Part shown: one piece after another, positions 1 through 8,978 of the stretch
How the letters are laid out: the number at the start of each line of letters is the position of its first letter
Numbering within the stretch: the first letter of the stretch is position 1
DNA from: Phycisphaerae bacterium
Lineage (GTDB): Bacteria; Planctomycetota; Phycisphaerae; UBA1845
Direction of reading: 5' to 3'
Length of the DNA: 64,000 nt
Assembly: GCA_963666835.2 (NCBI GenBank)
Contig: CAXXGO010000003.1
Coordinates: forward strand, 608,001 to 672,000
Translations under genes and position numbers: made by a program
The notes under the pieces: model-generated
The model's database searches: none
What the model was told of the DNA's origin: nothing
The model's input: only the letters and a program-made list of their open reading frames with translations

Positions 1-1026
1 GACGGATACGTCCGCCAGCGGACCGCTGTCGTCGTCCATTCCGAAGGCCGTTACGAACTCGCCGTACGCGCCCTTCAGGTCATAGGCCAACCGCGATTCG
101 CTGTGCACGCCGATACCGTGTTCGAAGACCTCGCCGGCCACTGTAATCGGCCCGCCGGTGACATTTCGATCGATAAGGGCCGGCCAGTTCATCGACAGCA
201 TCGGCGTGTGCTTCTGCTCCACGGGGGCGTGCTGACCGAGCCATTCCCATCGGCCGCCAATCACGTCGATGCTCACGATCCGCTCGGCTTCGATCTGCCC
301 GTCTGCCCCGGAGGGAAGACGCACGGTTACCTTATCAGCCGACCAATCCAATACGGGAACGGTCAGACGGCCGCTGGAACGAAAGGTGACCGCCATCCGA
401 ATGCCGGTCGACCGCACTGGCGGCGGGCTTCCCAGCGTCAGCACCACCAACAGCCGGTGCGGAACGAACGCTTCCCCGGCCTCACCTTCAACGGTGATAC
501 CCTCCGAGTCAATCGCCGTCACAAATCCGGCGACAACATCTCCGTTTGTCAGCAACGCGCGATCCTCCGTTGCCCCGGATCCGCGATCGAACCACGCTAC
601 CGCCTCCCGATACGCCGGCGAGATTGCCCGCGCAGTGTCCATCCGCGCTACCATATCCAGAGGAACGGACACTCGCCCTAAGTCAGCAGTTGCAATTGTC
701 ACGGACTCCTTACCCGACGACTCGACCCGGCCGCAGAGTGAATCACCTCCTGCAAGACTCAACCACACGCCGCGCGGAGTCCGCGTAGCCACAGACGTCG
801 TTATGCGTACGACGTCCGGCATCGGAATCCGGAGCTGCTTACCCTCGACAGTCCGGACAACCGCCCCATCAGCCATTGAAACGGCAATCAACTGCCCTCG
901 CATCGGCTCCGCATCGATTGTCTGCACGCACACGCTCGCCTCAGCCGCCGCGCCACCGTCACTGGGCGGATCGGTGTCTTCCGCCCCGGCACAAGCAACA
1001 GTCATCAACACAAACAACCAGGTCAT
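1..1026 (-). CDS. NPCBM/NEW2 domain-containing secreted protein (3' end runs off the window)
   Basis: Not in the ORF track; I translated both ends by hand and they share a frame. ATG at 1026 gives MTWLFVLMTVACAGAE (signal-peptide-like). The last part reads ...IDRNVTGGPITVAGEVFEHGIGVHSESRLAYDLKGAYGEFVTAFGMDDDSGPLADV, typical of NPCBM. Lies 11 nt after the stop of the upstream gene. Confidence 0.8.
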   Translation of the reverse strand, partial: MTWLFVLMTVACAGAEDTDPPSDGGAAAEASVCVQTIDAEPMRGQLIAVSMADGAVVRTVEGKQLRIPMPDVVRITTSVATRTPRGVWLSLAGGDSLCGRVESSGKESVTIATADLGRVSVPLDMVARMDTARAISPAYREAVAWFDRGSGATEDRALLTNGDVVAGFVTAIDSEGITVEGEAGEAFVPHRLLVVLTLGSPPPVRSTGIRMAVTFRSSGRLTVPVLDWSADKVTVRLPSGADGQIEAERIVSIDVIGGRWEWLGQHAPVEQKHTPMLSMNWPALIDRNVTGGPITVAGEVFEHGIGVHSESRLAYDLKGAYGEFVTAFGMDDDSGPLADVSV

Positions 1027-1037
1027 GTCACACCCCG

Positions 1038-2096
1038 TCATTTCTGGAAAATCGGCAACAGTCGATTCGGCATCTGAAGGATAATCAGTGCCATTGCCGT
1101 GCCGTACTCCGGGCCGGCCTGCCCTTGCCAGAAGCCTGCGGGATCCTGCTTGCCCAGCAGCTCCGTCCGGATCGCCGGCCACCAACTCTGCCAATACTCA
1201 TCACCGGCCAGGAACATCGCCTGGGCCGCGTAATAGTGCCCGTAGTAGTAGTGCCCGGTCGTACGTTCCTGCGGTGGAGTGAAATGCCTGATATACTCCA
1301 ACCCGCGCGTTATTTCCGGGCCGCCGTGGATCCCGGCGTATTGCAGAGCCGCTACCCCCGCCGCCGACCGGGCAAAAGCCGAGCCGCCGGAACTGAGCAT
1401 ATACCGAAACCCACCGTCGGGGTTCTGGCTGGCTTCGACATACTCCACAGCTCGATCAATCACCTGCTTGTCGACGTATATCCCCGTGTTCCGCGCCGCG
1501 CGAAGGGCCATGATCTGGCAAATCGTGACGGAAATGTCAGCATCGTGACGCACGGGCTGATACCGCCAACCGCCCTCGCTGTTCTGGGTGCTGACAATCA
1601 ACCGAACGGCCTTTCGCAGCGTTTCACGGATCTCCACGCGCGGCGTCATCCCGTACACCTCGCTAAGGAAGAGCGTCGCGAAACCGTGGCCGTACATCGG
1701 CCCGTGAGAGGTCTCCGCCGCAAGCAGTCCGCTCTCGGAGCTGTGCTTCAGGATGAAAGACAGACACCCGTCGACGGTGTTGGCATAGCGGCCTCGGGCG
1801 GGCATGCTGCCATCGGACATAAACGCCAACCCAACAAGCCCGGTTATTCCCACGTGCGGGCCATAATGCGACAAGCGACCGTAACCACCGTCCTCGGCCT
1901 GCCGCTCGGCGAGCCACGCCAGCCCCCGTTCAACGGCCGCCGTCTGCTCCGGCGTGATCTCGGCCAGCGTCGGGGAGGCCGACCGCGTTTGCCGGACGGG
2001 ATCGGCGGCCGCAGAAACGCATACGAAGACTAACAGAAGCCCGCAGAGGGTTGCCGGCCGTCGCCACCTTAGGGATAGTCTTCGCACGTCGTTCAC
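1038..2096 (-). CDS. Prenyltransferase/squalene oxidase repeat (terpene cyclase-like alpha/alpha barrel) protein, secreted
   Basis: Repeated QW-like motifs (WLAERQAEDGGY, STQNSEGGWRY, SQNPDGGFRY, KQDPAGFW) and an N-terminal signal peptide; no DxDD cyclase motif. Confidence 0.85.
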   Translation of the reverse strand: MNDVRRLSLRWRRPATLCGLLLVFVCVSAAADPVRQTRSASPTLAEITPEQTAAVERGLAWLAERQAEDGGYGRLSHYGPHVGITGLVGLAFMSDGSMPARGRYANTVDGCLSFILKHSSESGLLAAETSHGPMYGHGFATLFLSEVYGMTPRVEIRETLRKAVRLIVSTQNSEGGWRYQPVRHDADISVTICQIMALRAARNTGIYVDKQVIDRAVEYVEASQNPDGGFRYMLSSGGSAFARSAAGVAALQYAGIHGGPEITRGLEYIRHFTPPQERTTGHYYYGHYYAAQAMFLAGDEYWQSWWPAIRTELLGKQDPAGFWQGQAGPEYGTAMALIILQMPNRLLPIFQK

Positions 2097-2794
2097 TCAT
2101 CCGCCTCTTGAAGCGTACGGTAGTATTGCTCGATCCACTCTCGGAATCGGCCCAGATAGCGCTCGTCAGCTCCTTGGATCATCTCGTCGCGTTCGCGTTG
2201 CGGGAGGTTGCCCCAGCTTCGACGCGATTCCGACAATGGCCCGTCGGAGACGTCCGCAGATACGGGTGCCCCTCCGGGTCCGCCCAAACCGGATCCGGCC
2301 GCGTCGCTGCTGTCCTGCTGCTCGGGCCTGTTCTTCTCGTCACCGGAGTCCCCATCTTCCGATAGACGACGTTTATCTCCCTTGGAGGTCGTTCGATTCT
2401 GCGATCGCCGGCTTTGCTGTGCGGCGGCGAGTTCAATCGCCTCGTTCAGCTTCTCGACGATACTACTTTGCACCGCCTGGGTTTCCTCGCCTACATCGAA
2501 ATCCACGGTTAGACGGTGCGCAGCGGTGTCCATTGAACGAACCACAACGGCCATCACGTCTTCATCCACGCCGGTACGCGCCTTGCGAATCAGCCGCTTG
2601 CCGAGGTCGTCGCCGTTGTGGGCGGGGCTGTCCGTCTTGGGAGGCTCATCGGCCAACACCGCCGTCGCGGTGACCATTACCGTAACACCGGCTGTTACGA
2701 GCGTACGGAATCGCCGCCGCAGCCAAGACGCCGTTCCCGCCAACGGCGCGGGGAAAAGGTCGGAGTGTACCACTTGTCTTGTTTTGATCGCCAC
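2093..2794 (-). CDS. Hypothetical protein of the MoxR-VWA operon
   Basis: 4-bp overlap with the next gene; C-terminal WGNLPQRERDEM...EQYYRTL motif resembles the ends of DUF4175-like proteins; start uncertain. Confidence 0.65.
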   Translation of the reverse strand: MAIKTRQVVHSDLFPAPLAGTASWLRRRFRTLVTAGVTVMVTATAVLADEPPKTDSPAHNGDDLGKRLIRKARTGVDEDVMAVVVRSMDTAAHRLTVDFDVGEETQAVQSSIVEKLNEAIELAAAQQSRRSQNRTTSKGDKRRLSEDGDSGDEKNRPEQQDSSDAAGSGLGGPGGAPVSADVSDGPLSESRRSWGNLPQRERDEMIQGADERYLGRFREWIEQYYRTLQEADE

Positions 2795-2798
2795 CGGA

Positions 2799-5700
2799 CT
2801 ATCCCCCCTTCTTGGTAACTCTATCGGTCAGCCTACTGACCTCGGCCTGATCCTCCCCGAGCAGTCGAATCTCTCGGAGCTGTTCTTCGGTGGCTCTTCT
2901 CTCATCGAAAGTCTGCGCTAGAGACTTAGTGCGGCTATTGATATCGCGCTGCATCGCCCGGAGTACGAGCAGCTCGGCCACCGGGGGAACCGGCTTGGTG
3001 GCTTTGGTCTGGCCCCGACCTCCGCCTCCGCCGGCCCCATCCGCATACTTCTCGTCCATCGGCATCGCTTCAGTTTCGACTATGGCATCCACCAGTTTCT
3101 CAAGCTCGCGTACGATGCGGGTCGTTGTGGCAATGAGCGCCTCGTCGATGACTCGAGTCTCGAGATGTCGACGGGATTCATCCATCCAACGGGCAACTCG
3201 TTCGAGAGCCCATTCATAAACCGGTACGCTTTGCAGATCCGGCAGGCCTTCGTCGAGCAGTCGGCGCACGTCGGATTGCCGAGATGCCAGCCGGGATGCC
3301 GCTCGGCTCTCGGCCCGCCCCATTCGCCCCTTCGAACTTATGGTCGTATGCAGATCACCGATTCCGTCATTGACTTCACGCTGACCGGCCAGGAGGGCCT
3401 CGAGGCTTTCCCGGACGCGCCCCAGCGATCGCCGCCAAGCCTCCTCGCCAACTTCTTGGGCAAACTCTTCAAGGCGTCTCCGGGCATCATCAAGCTGGGC
3501 AATAGCCTCGCTTTGGGCAACCGTCGCGGCCTCGGTTTGCCCGGTGTTGATCTGATCCTCCGCCCTTTTCATCGCACCCGCCGCGGACCGGACGATTCGC
3601 CCTTCTTCGAACATGCGATCGAGCTTATCGAGCTTATCGCCAAGCGCCCCAGTGTTTTTACGGAGCCGGCTCTGATCATCGGCGATAAGCTCCAAGGCCT
3701 CTCCCTCGCTCCCCAACGCTTTGGCCTCTTCCGTAGCGGTTTGAACACTTCGCTGCTCGTCGATCAGAAGCGTAAGCTGCTCCTCCGCGCCCCGGAGGGT
3801 TTTCTCAAGCCGGGCCAGCTCCCGACTTCGGCGTTCCTCCAACGCGGCTACCATCTCTCGGATGGTCGCTACGGCGTTCTTCTGATCGAGGGTCGCGGCC
3901 GCAGTACGATTCGCGCGGATTGCCTCCGCCGCCGCTCGGACGCGCCGGGGCAGGCTCCGAGCCTGTGCCACCCGGCGGGCATCATCAATGGCCTGCGCTC
4001 CGTCGACGTCCCTCTCCCGCAGCATGTCGACCAGCCGGGTCATCCGGGCCAACAACTGCTCCGAATCTCGGCCGACCTGCTCCTGCTCGCGCTGCAGGCG
4101 CGTAAGAGCCGTTGTTTCCTCTTTGTCCAGTTCATCCAACGGTCGTCCAAGCAGCCTCTTCCCAAGTTCGGCCGTGCGCCGGCGTACCGCCTCCTGCCGA
4201 TCCAGCAAGTCTCGCGTCCGCGTCGCAATCCCCTGAAACTCTCCCCACTTCGCCATCCCTTGCAGAAGCGCCCGCAGGCCGTCAACGGCCTCGGTCTCAG
4301 CGGTGGCGGCGTTCCGCAAGTACGACTGTTCTTCGCGCGTTTCTCTTTGCGTGGCGGCCTCCAAAAGAGTCGTTCCCGCCCGCGCCATGGCACCTGTCCC
4401 AATACCGCGAAGGCTCAGGCCCACCGATGTCAAACGCCCTCGAGCCTGCTCATCGCCGACGCCGTTTTGAGCCATTCGCTGAGCCAGATGGTCAAGCCGC
4501 CCGGCAAGATCGCCGACCTGCCGCAAGAGTCGCGCCTGTTGAGCGGCCAGTTCGGCAATAAGCTCCCGCGTGCTTATGCCCTGGGCAACCGGCGCAGTTC
4601 CGTCCGCGATCAGCAAGGTAGTCCGATCGAGCAAGTCCGTTTCATCAAGAGTGATGCGCCGGAGACGGTCTTCCAGTGACGCCATCTCGTCACCCACGCG
4701 AAGCTCGAACTCGATCTCGCTGATAACCCGCACCTGCAGGGGGGCCGAGCGGCCTACCTGCCCGTAAGTACCCTCACCCACCCGGTTATCCTCGGCCTCC
4801 ACATGGAAGGTAAGGGCGTCGCCCGGGCTCAACCCCATTGGCTCCATGAGCCAGAGGTACTCGACCGCAGCCTCTAACCCACCTTCCGTATCGGCAGTCA
4901 TTTCCCACCCACCCACCGGGATCGACCAAATGCTACCATCGCCGATTCGCTCGGCTTTAAGCGTAACGCGGGTCAGCCCAAAATCGTCCGCAACTCGCGC
5001 CCGTAGTGATATGGCTCCGCGGGGCGTTAGCTCCGTTAACGAGGTCGGCTCCAGAACGCTGACCACGGGTGGCGCATCCGGGCGAGCCTGAATGCAATGC
5101 CGCACGGCACCGCGGTTTGCGAAACCGTCTTCGTCGCAAAGCTCTACCCTGAAGCACAAGTCTGCGACGATCTCGAAGCGGGCTGACAGGCGTTGTTGCT
5201 CTTGCGGATCAACGATCAGCGGCGTGAGATCCCCATTATCAAGACGAAGTCCGGCGGCAGCGGGCTGCCGGCGGGGGATCGGCTTACTCGCCTTGACCAA
5301 TACGGTCGCGAAGCCGCCCTGCGGCGCTTCCACCGCTCCTTCGAGCAGATCGCACGTGCGGATGGCCCTGCGGTCACCGTACGGGGGGGGCTCGATCTCT
5401 ACTTGAGCCTCCAACACCACGGGGCGGCGCACGGCCGTGATGGTACCGGGGTAATTCGCGGTATCATCGTCACCCGCCTCGAACCAGTACTCGAGGTCGC
5501 AAGTCACGGTGTCAATCATCGCGGAGAATAGCCCGTCTTCCCCGCGTTGCATGGGGAGAGTCATGACCTCTCCACTCGAATCAGAAACGTGGACAACTGC
5601 ACGTAACGACGGGCGTAAGCCGCGCTCGATCGTCATCCGCACCGTCGCCGACTCACCCAAGGCGACCTTCTCCGATCCCGGCATGGAGACTATCGAGACT

Positions 5701-6311
5701 CGCCGAGGCCACTCGAGCGCACCGGTGGGATACAGATAACGGTATAGTCCCGTACGGATCCAATCCGGGGATCCTCCAAACGCCACGGTCAACGCGACCG
5801 CCCCGACCAGCATAAGCAGACTCCAGCGGACCAAGGCTCGGCGCGAAAGGGCCTTCTCCAGGGGAATCTGCCGTACGATGCGGTCGGCGTCAGCGATTAC
5901 GCGGTCCATCATCGCCGCAGACTCGCCGCGCTGCGTGCCCGGTTCTTCCGAACTTCCCGCAATGCGCGAGTGCCGGAAGAAGTCTATCGCGTTTACCAAT
6001 CTGTCATCGAGTTTCCGAAAACGGCGTTCGAGATGTGCGGCTATGTCGCTAACGTCCAACCCGCAACGCAGCGGACGGACGATCCCCCGTAACACTGCCG
6101 TCACCAGCCCGGCAAGAAACGCCAGACCGATTATGATTCGCAACGCCGCCGGTAGCCAGAGAAGCCAGTCCGCTATCACGATGGCCAGAAGCGCGATCGT
6201 CCCCCCGCCGAGGACGGCGCACACGCCTCCAACCACCAGGCGATTCCTGATTACCCGGCGGAGCCGCTCCAACCGCGTCATGAAAGCCACAGATGTCGGA
6301 CGATCACTCAT
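2799..6311 (-). CDS. Large membrane-anchored coiled-coil protein (DUF4175-like)
   Basis: About 1170 aa; three N-terminal TM helices, Ig-like middle (DAPPVVSVLEP...VADDFGL, HVEAEDN), long Q/E/R coiled-coil C-terminus; ATG at 6311 (ORF track begins at TTG 6320). Confidence 0.75.
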   Translation of the reverse strand: MSDRPTSVAFMTRLERLRRVIRNRLVVGGVCAVLGGGTIALLAIVIADWLLWLPAALRIIIGLAFLAGLVTAVLRGIVRPLRCGLDVSDIAAHLERRFRKLDDRLVNAIDFFRHSRIAGSSEEPGTQRGESAAMMDRVIADADRIVRQIPLEKALSRRALVRWSLLMLVGAVALTVAFGGSPDWIRTGLYRYLYPTGALEWPRRVSIVSMPGSEKVALGESATVRMTIERGLRPSLRAVVHVSDSSGEVMTLPMQRGEDGLFSAMIDTVTCDLEYWFEAGDDDTANYPGTITAVRRPVVLEAQVEIEPPPYGDRRAIRTCDLLEGAVEAPQGGFATVLVKASKPIPRRQPAAAGLRLDNGDLTPLIVDPQEQQRLSARFEIVADLCFRVELCDEDGFANRGAVRHCIQARPDAPPVVSVLEPTSLTELTPRGAISLRARVADDFGLTRVTLKAERIGDGSIWSIPVGGWEMTADTEGGLEAAVEYLWLMEPMGLSPGDALTFHVEAEDNRVGEGTYGQVGRSAPLQVRVISEIEFELRVGDEMASLEDRLRRITLDETDLLDRTTLLIADGTAPVAQGISTRELIAELAAQQARLLRQVGDLAGRLDHLAQRMAQNGVGDEQARGRLTSVGLSLRGIGTGAMARAGTTLLEAATQRETREEQSYLRNAATAETEAVDGLRALLQGMAKWGEFQGIATRTRDLLDRQEAVRRRTAELGKRLLGRPLDELDKEETTALTRLQREQEQVGRDSEQLLARMTRLVDMLRERDVDGAQAIDDARRVAQARSLPRRVRAAAEAIRANRTAAATLDQKNAVATIREMVAALEERRSRELARLEKTLRGAEEQLTLLIDEQRSVQTATEEAKALGSEGEALELIADDQSRLRKNTGALGDKLDKLDRMFEEGRIVRSAAGAMKRAEDQINTGQTEAATVAQSEAIAQLDDARRRLEEFAQEVGEEAWRRSLGRVRESLEALLAGQREVNDGIGDLHTTISSKGRMGRAESRAASRLASRQSDVRRLLDEGLPDLQSVPVYEWALERVARWMDESRRHLETRVIDEALIATTTRIVRELEKLVDAIVETEAMPMDEKYADGAGGGGGRGQTKATKPVPPVAELLVLRAMQRDINSRTKSLAQTFDERRATEEQLREIRLLGEDQAEVSRLTDRVTKKGG

Positions 6312-6448
6312 CAATCTCAATCACACAATCTGCGTCCAAGAAGCTCGGCACTCTCGGCCCTGCAAAAAAGCCGTTCAACGCCCCCTTTTCACATAGGGGA
6401 ATCGAGGCGATGCTCCCCGGCAAAACACGCATGTTGTCGAGAGGACCA

Positions 6449-8938
6449 TTACATCAATCCAAAAGCCTTGCGTAATCCCCATTCCATAGAAATCAACAGG
6501 ACAAACAGCCCCAGCAAAAGACGAGAATCCCACAGCGGTTCAGTTACGTCATCCGGGATCTTCACACTTCCATCGGGGATCGCCCCGAACGCCTCCTTCA
6601 ACTGATCCAGTTCGATAACCGCCCCGCCTGTGGCATCGGCTATTCGCCGAAGGACTTCATGATTAGCCTCGGGCTGCCGCCCCTCCAAGTCGGGCTCCTC
6701 CACCTGTACCGGCGCAGATACGGCCCGCTCCGTGTCGCGGAAGGCGAGCCCGCCGGCTTCAAACAAGAAGCGTCCGGGATACGGAGGAAGATAGACGGCC
6801 TCAAACACATTCTCCTCCGAATCGAGACGGCGGGCGTCGAGTCGTCCTACCACCGCCCCCGCCGCATCGTCGTCTGCTTCGGCATTCTGTGCCGCCTCGC
6901 CGCCTGACTCGGTGAGCGCCATGACCTCTATCGTCTCCGGGTTCTCCGTCAGAAGATCCGGGTCGAAGACGCTTATCCTGATCTGCACCGGCATCCCATA
7001 CGGGTAGTGCCTGCGGTCGGTGTGGATCGTGAACCGGTGCCCCTGGGAGACTCGATCCGTTCGCATTAACCCTCGGACCACCTGCACCCAATACGTGTCA
7101 TGGGCGAGCTCACCGGTGTGACGCCGCCAACGCCAGGTATCGTCGGTGGCCTGAAAGAAGACCTTCCCGGCTCCATAGCGGCCGAGGACGACAACCGGCA
7201 TCGGTTGTCCCGAACCATGGCGGTCATCCACAAACTGCAAGAACGGATGGTGGGCTAGTACCGTCGCTCCGGGCTTGGCTCCCAGCGTGCGAGCAATCCA
7301 GAACAGCTCCGGCCGGCTTTCTAAGACCAAATCGCCGCGCACCGCCCCGTTGCTATCCGCCGGCGTCCCTTGCGTAGTCGCAAACAGCCGGCTTTGCGCG
7401 CCATCGGCAGTGAGTACCGGCCGAAACCCACTAGCGGGTGCCCCCGCGCCGGGGCCGAAGAAGGACGGATCGAGTTTGACCGGGACAAGCTTCTGAAGGG
7501 GGCAGTTCAGGTATCGGTGCGGAGCAGCCCGCTCGCCGGCGATCAGGCCGAACCCGCCACCGTGATCACCAACGAAGTCCAACAGCATCTCGATCTGCGC
7601 GGTCGACAACCACCCCGCTTGCGGATCAACATCCCCGAACAGCACCACGTCAAATCGATTGAGTTCCTCCGGCGTGCTGGGAAAACGGCGGATCGGGTCG
7701 GTCCCTTCCTGTACAAATGCTTCATCCGCTTCCAGCAGCAGGACGCTGAGCTCCACAGTCTCTTCGCGAAGAAGAGCGTTCTTGAGGTAGCGATACTCGT
7801 ATCGCGGATACCCGGCCACGAACAGTACGCGAAGGCGGTCCTCTACAATCGCAACCTCGAAATCCGCGGTGTTGTTGTCGGTGCGTCGCTCGCCCGCAAT
7901 CGGCAAAGCGTCGATCCGATAGCGAACTCGTCCGGACGCCTCCGGCTTCGCAATCAGCTCAACCGTAACCGCCGAGCGCTCCGGAGTAAGCACCGCGTCC
8001 CCGACCGCCACGACTTCACCAGTTGCTACGTCGATCATCTGTACCGTCACAGTGGCGTCGCTCGACAACCCGGTCCCGGAAAGCGGCACGCTCACCGATA
8101 CGAAGTCCTTCTTGAACACGCTCTCTTGGGCGCGGATGCGACCGAGGCTAACGTCGCGCGGCCGTTTTGAGGATCCGACTCGTAGCGCGAACACCGGCAC
8201 CTGCTGTCCCCTAGCCGCGTCCAAAGCGTCTTTCAGACTCGATGCCTCCGTCGACTGTCCGTCGCTGGCCAGGATGATCGCCGCGAGCCGTCGCCCACGA
8301 GCATCCTCGATAACCCGACTGATCGCCCCGGCCAGGTCCGTGCTCGTGCCCTCCGGCGTTGCCTCGCGGAGCCGCTCTATAAACTCGTCCAGCACGGCCG
8401 GCGTCTTGCACCAAGCCCGGTTCTCCGCCACACCCGCAAACGTAGTCAATTGCAGCGAGTTGTTCTGCAGCAGTCGACGTAAGGGAGCTCCCTGATCACG
8501 CGTTAAGGCCGCCGTAATGCTCTCACAACGCGAGAGGTCGTTGGACACCGAATCCGAAGGCGGGGCCGCCGCTTCTCTCTCCGCGGAATCTGGTGATGCG
8601 TCCGTAGCCGCATCGCGCGTTGCCATACTCATCGAAGTGTCAACGACCAGACTCACATAGGAGCGATCGATTCGGTCCCGTTGCAGAACGAGGATCGGCT
8701 GGCAGATTGCCGCGACGACCACGCCAATCAGGGACAAACGAATGAACACCAACCCGGCGCGACGAGCCCGCGACGTCCCCTCTCGGCTGTACACGGCAAC
8801 CACGGCAAGGACCGCAGCGGTGCCGAGCCCGAGCAACATCCATGCCGGCATCGCCGCGCCCCACTTGATAAGCAGCGGCGCGTCTGTGCCCAGGCGTATG
8901 CCGTCCAGTCCCAGAAGCCATTCGACCAACCGCGTCAC
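6449..8938 (-). CDS. VWA + glutamine amidotransferase-like domain membrane protein
   Basis: MIDAS DTSMS and ILASDG; GYPRYEYRYLKNAL...FDVVLFGDV...GGGFGLIAG...TWRWR GATase1-like block; C-terminal TM ending EWGLRKAFGL. Confidence 0.85.
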   Translation of the reverse strand: MTRLVEWLLGLDGIRLGTDAPLLIKWGAAMPAWMLLGLGTAAVLAVVAVYSREGTSRARRAGLVFIRLSLIGVVVAAICQPILVLQRDRIDRSYVSLVVDTSMSMATRDAATDASPDSAEREAAAPPSDSVSNDLSRCESITAALTRDQGAPLRRLLQNNSLQLTTFAGVAENRAWCKTPAVLDEFIERLREATPEGTSTDLAGAISRVIEDARGRRLAAIILASDGQSTEASSLKDALDAARGQQVPVFALRVGSSKRPRDVSLGRIRAQESVFKKDFVSVSVPLSGTGLSSDATVTVQMIDVATGEVVAVGDAVLTPERSAVTVELIAKPEASGRVRYRIDALPIAGERRTDNNTADFEVAIVEDRLRVLFVAGYPRYEYRYLKNALLREETVELSVLLLEADEAFVQEGTDPIRRFPSTPEELNRFDVVLFGDVDPQAGWLSTAQIEMLLDFVGDHGGGFGLIAGERAAPHRYLNCPLQKLVPVKLDPSFFGPGAGAPASGFRPVLTADGAQSRLFATTQGTPADSNGAVRGDLVLESRPELFWIARTLGAKPGATVLAHHPFLQFVDDRHGSGQPMPVVVLGRYGAGKVFFQATDDTWRWRRHTGELAHDTYWVQVVRGLMRTDRVSQGHRFTIHTDRRHYPYGMPVQIRISVFDPDLLTENPETIEVMALTESGGEAAQNAEADDDAAGAVVGRLDARRLDSEENVFEAVYLPPYPGRFLFEAGGLAFRDTERAVSAPVQVEEPDLEGRQPEANHEVLRRIADATGGAVIELDQLKEAFGAIPDGSVKIPDDVTEPLWDSRLLLGLFVLLISMEWGLRKAFGLM

Positions 8939-8978
8939 GGTATTCCCTTAGTCACATCCCGAACGCCTACGTTCAACG

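Noticed and set aside
1038..2096. Squalene-hopene cyclase
   Set aside because: Only 352 aa, single barrel, signal peptide, no DxDD motif
3165..4679. 504-aa plus-strand ORF
   Set aside because: Antisense shadow of the coiled-coil gene; no motifs; expected in high-GC DNA
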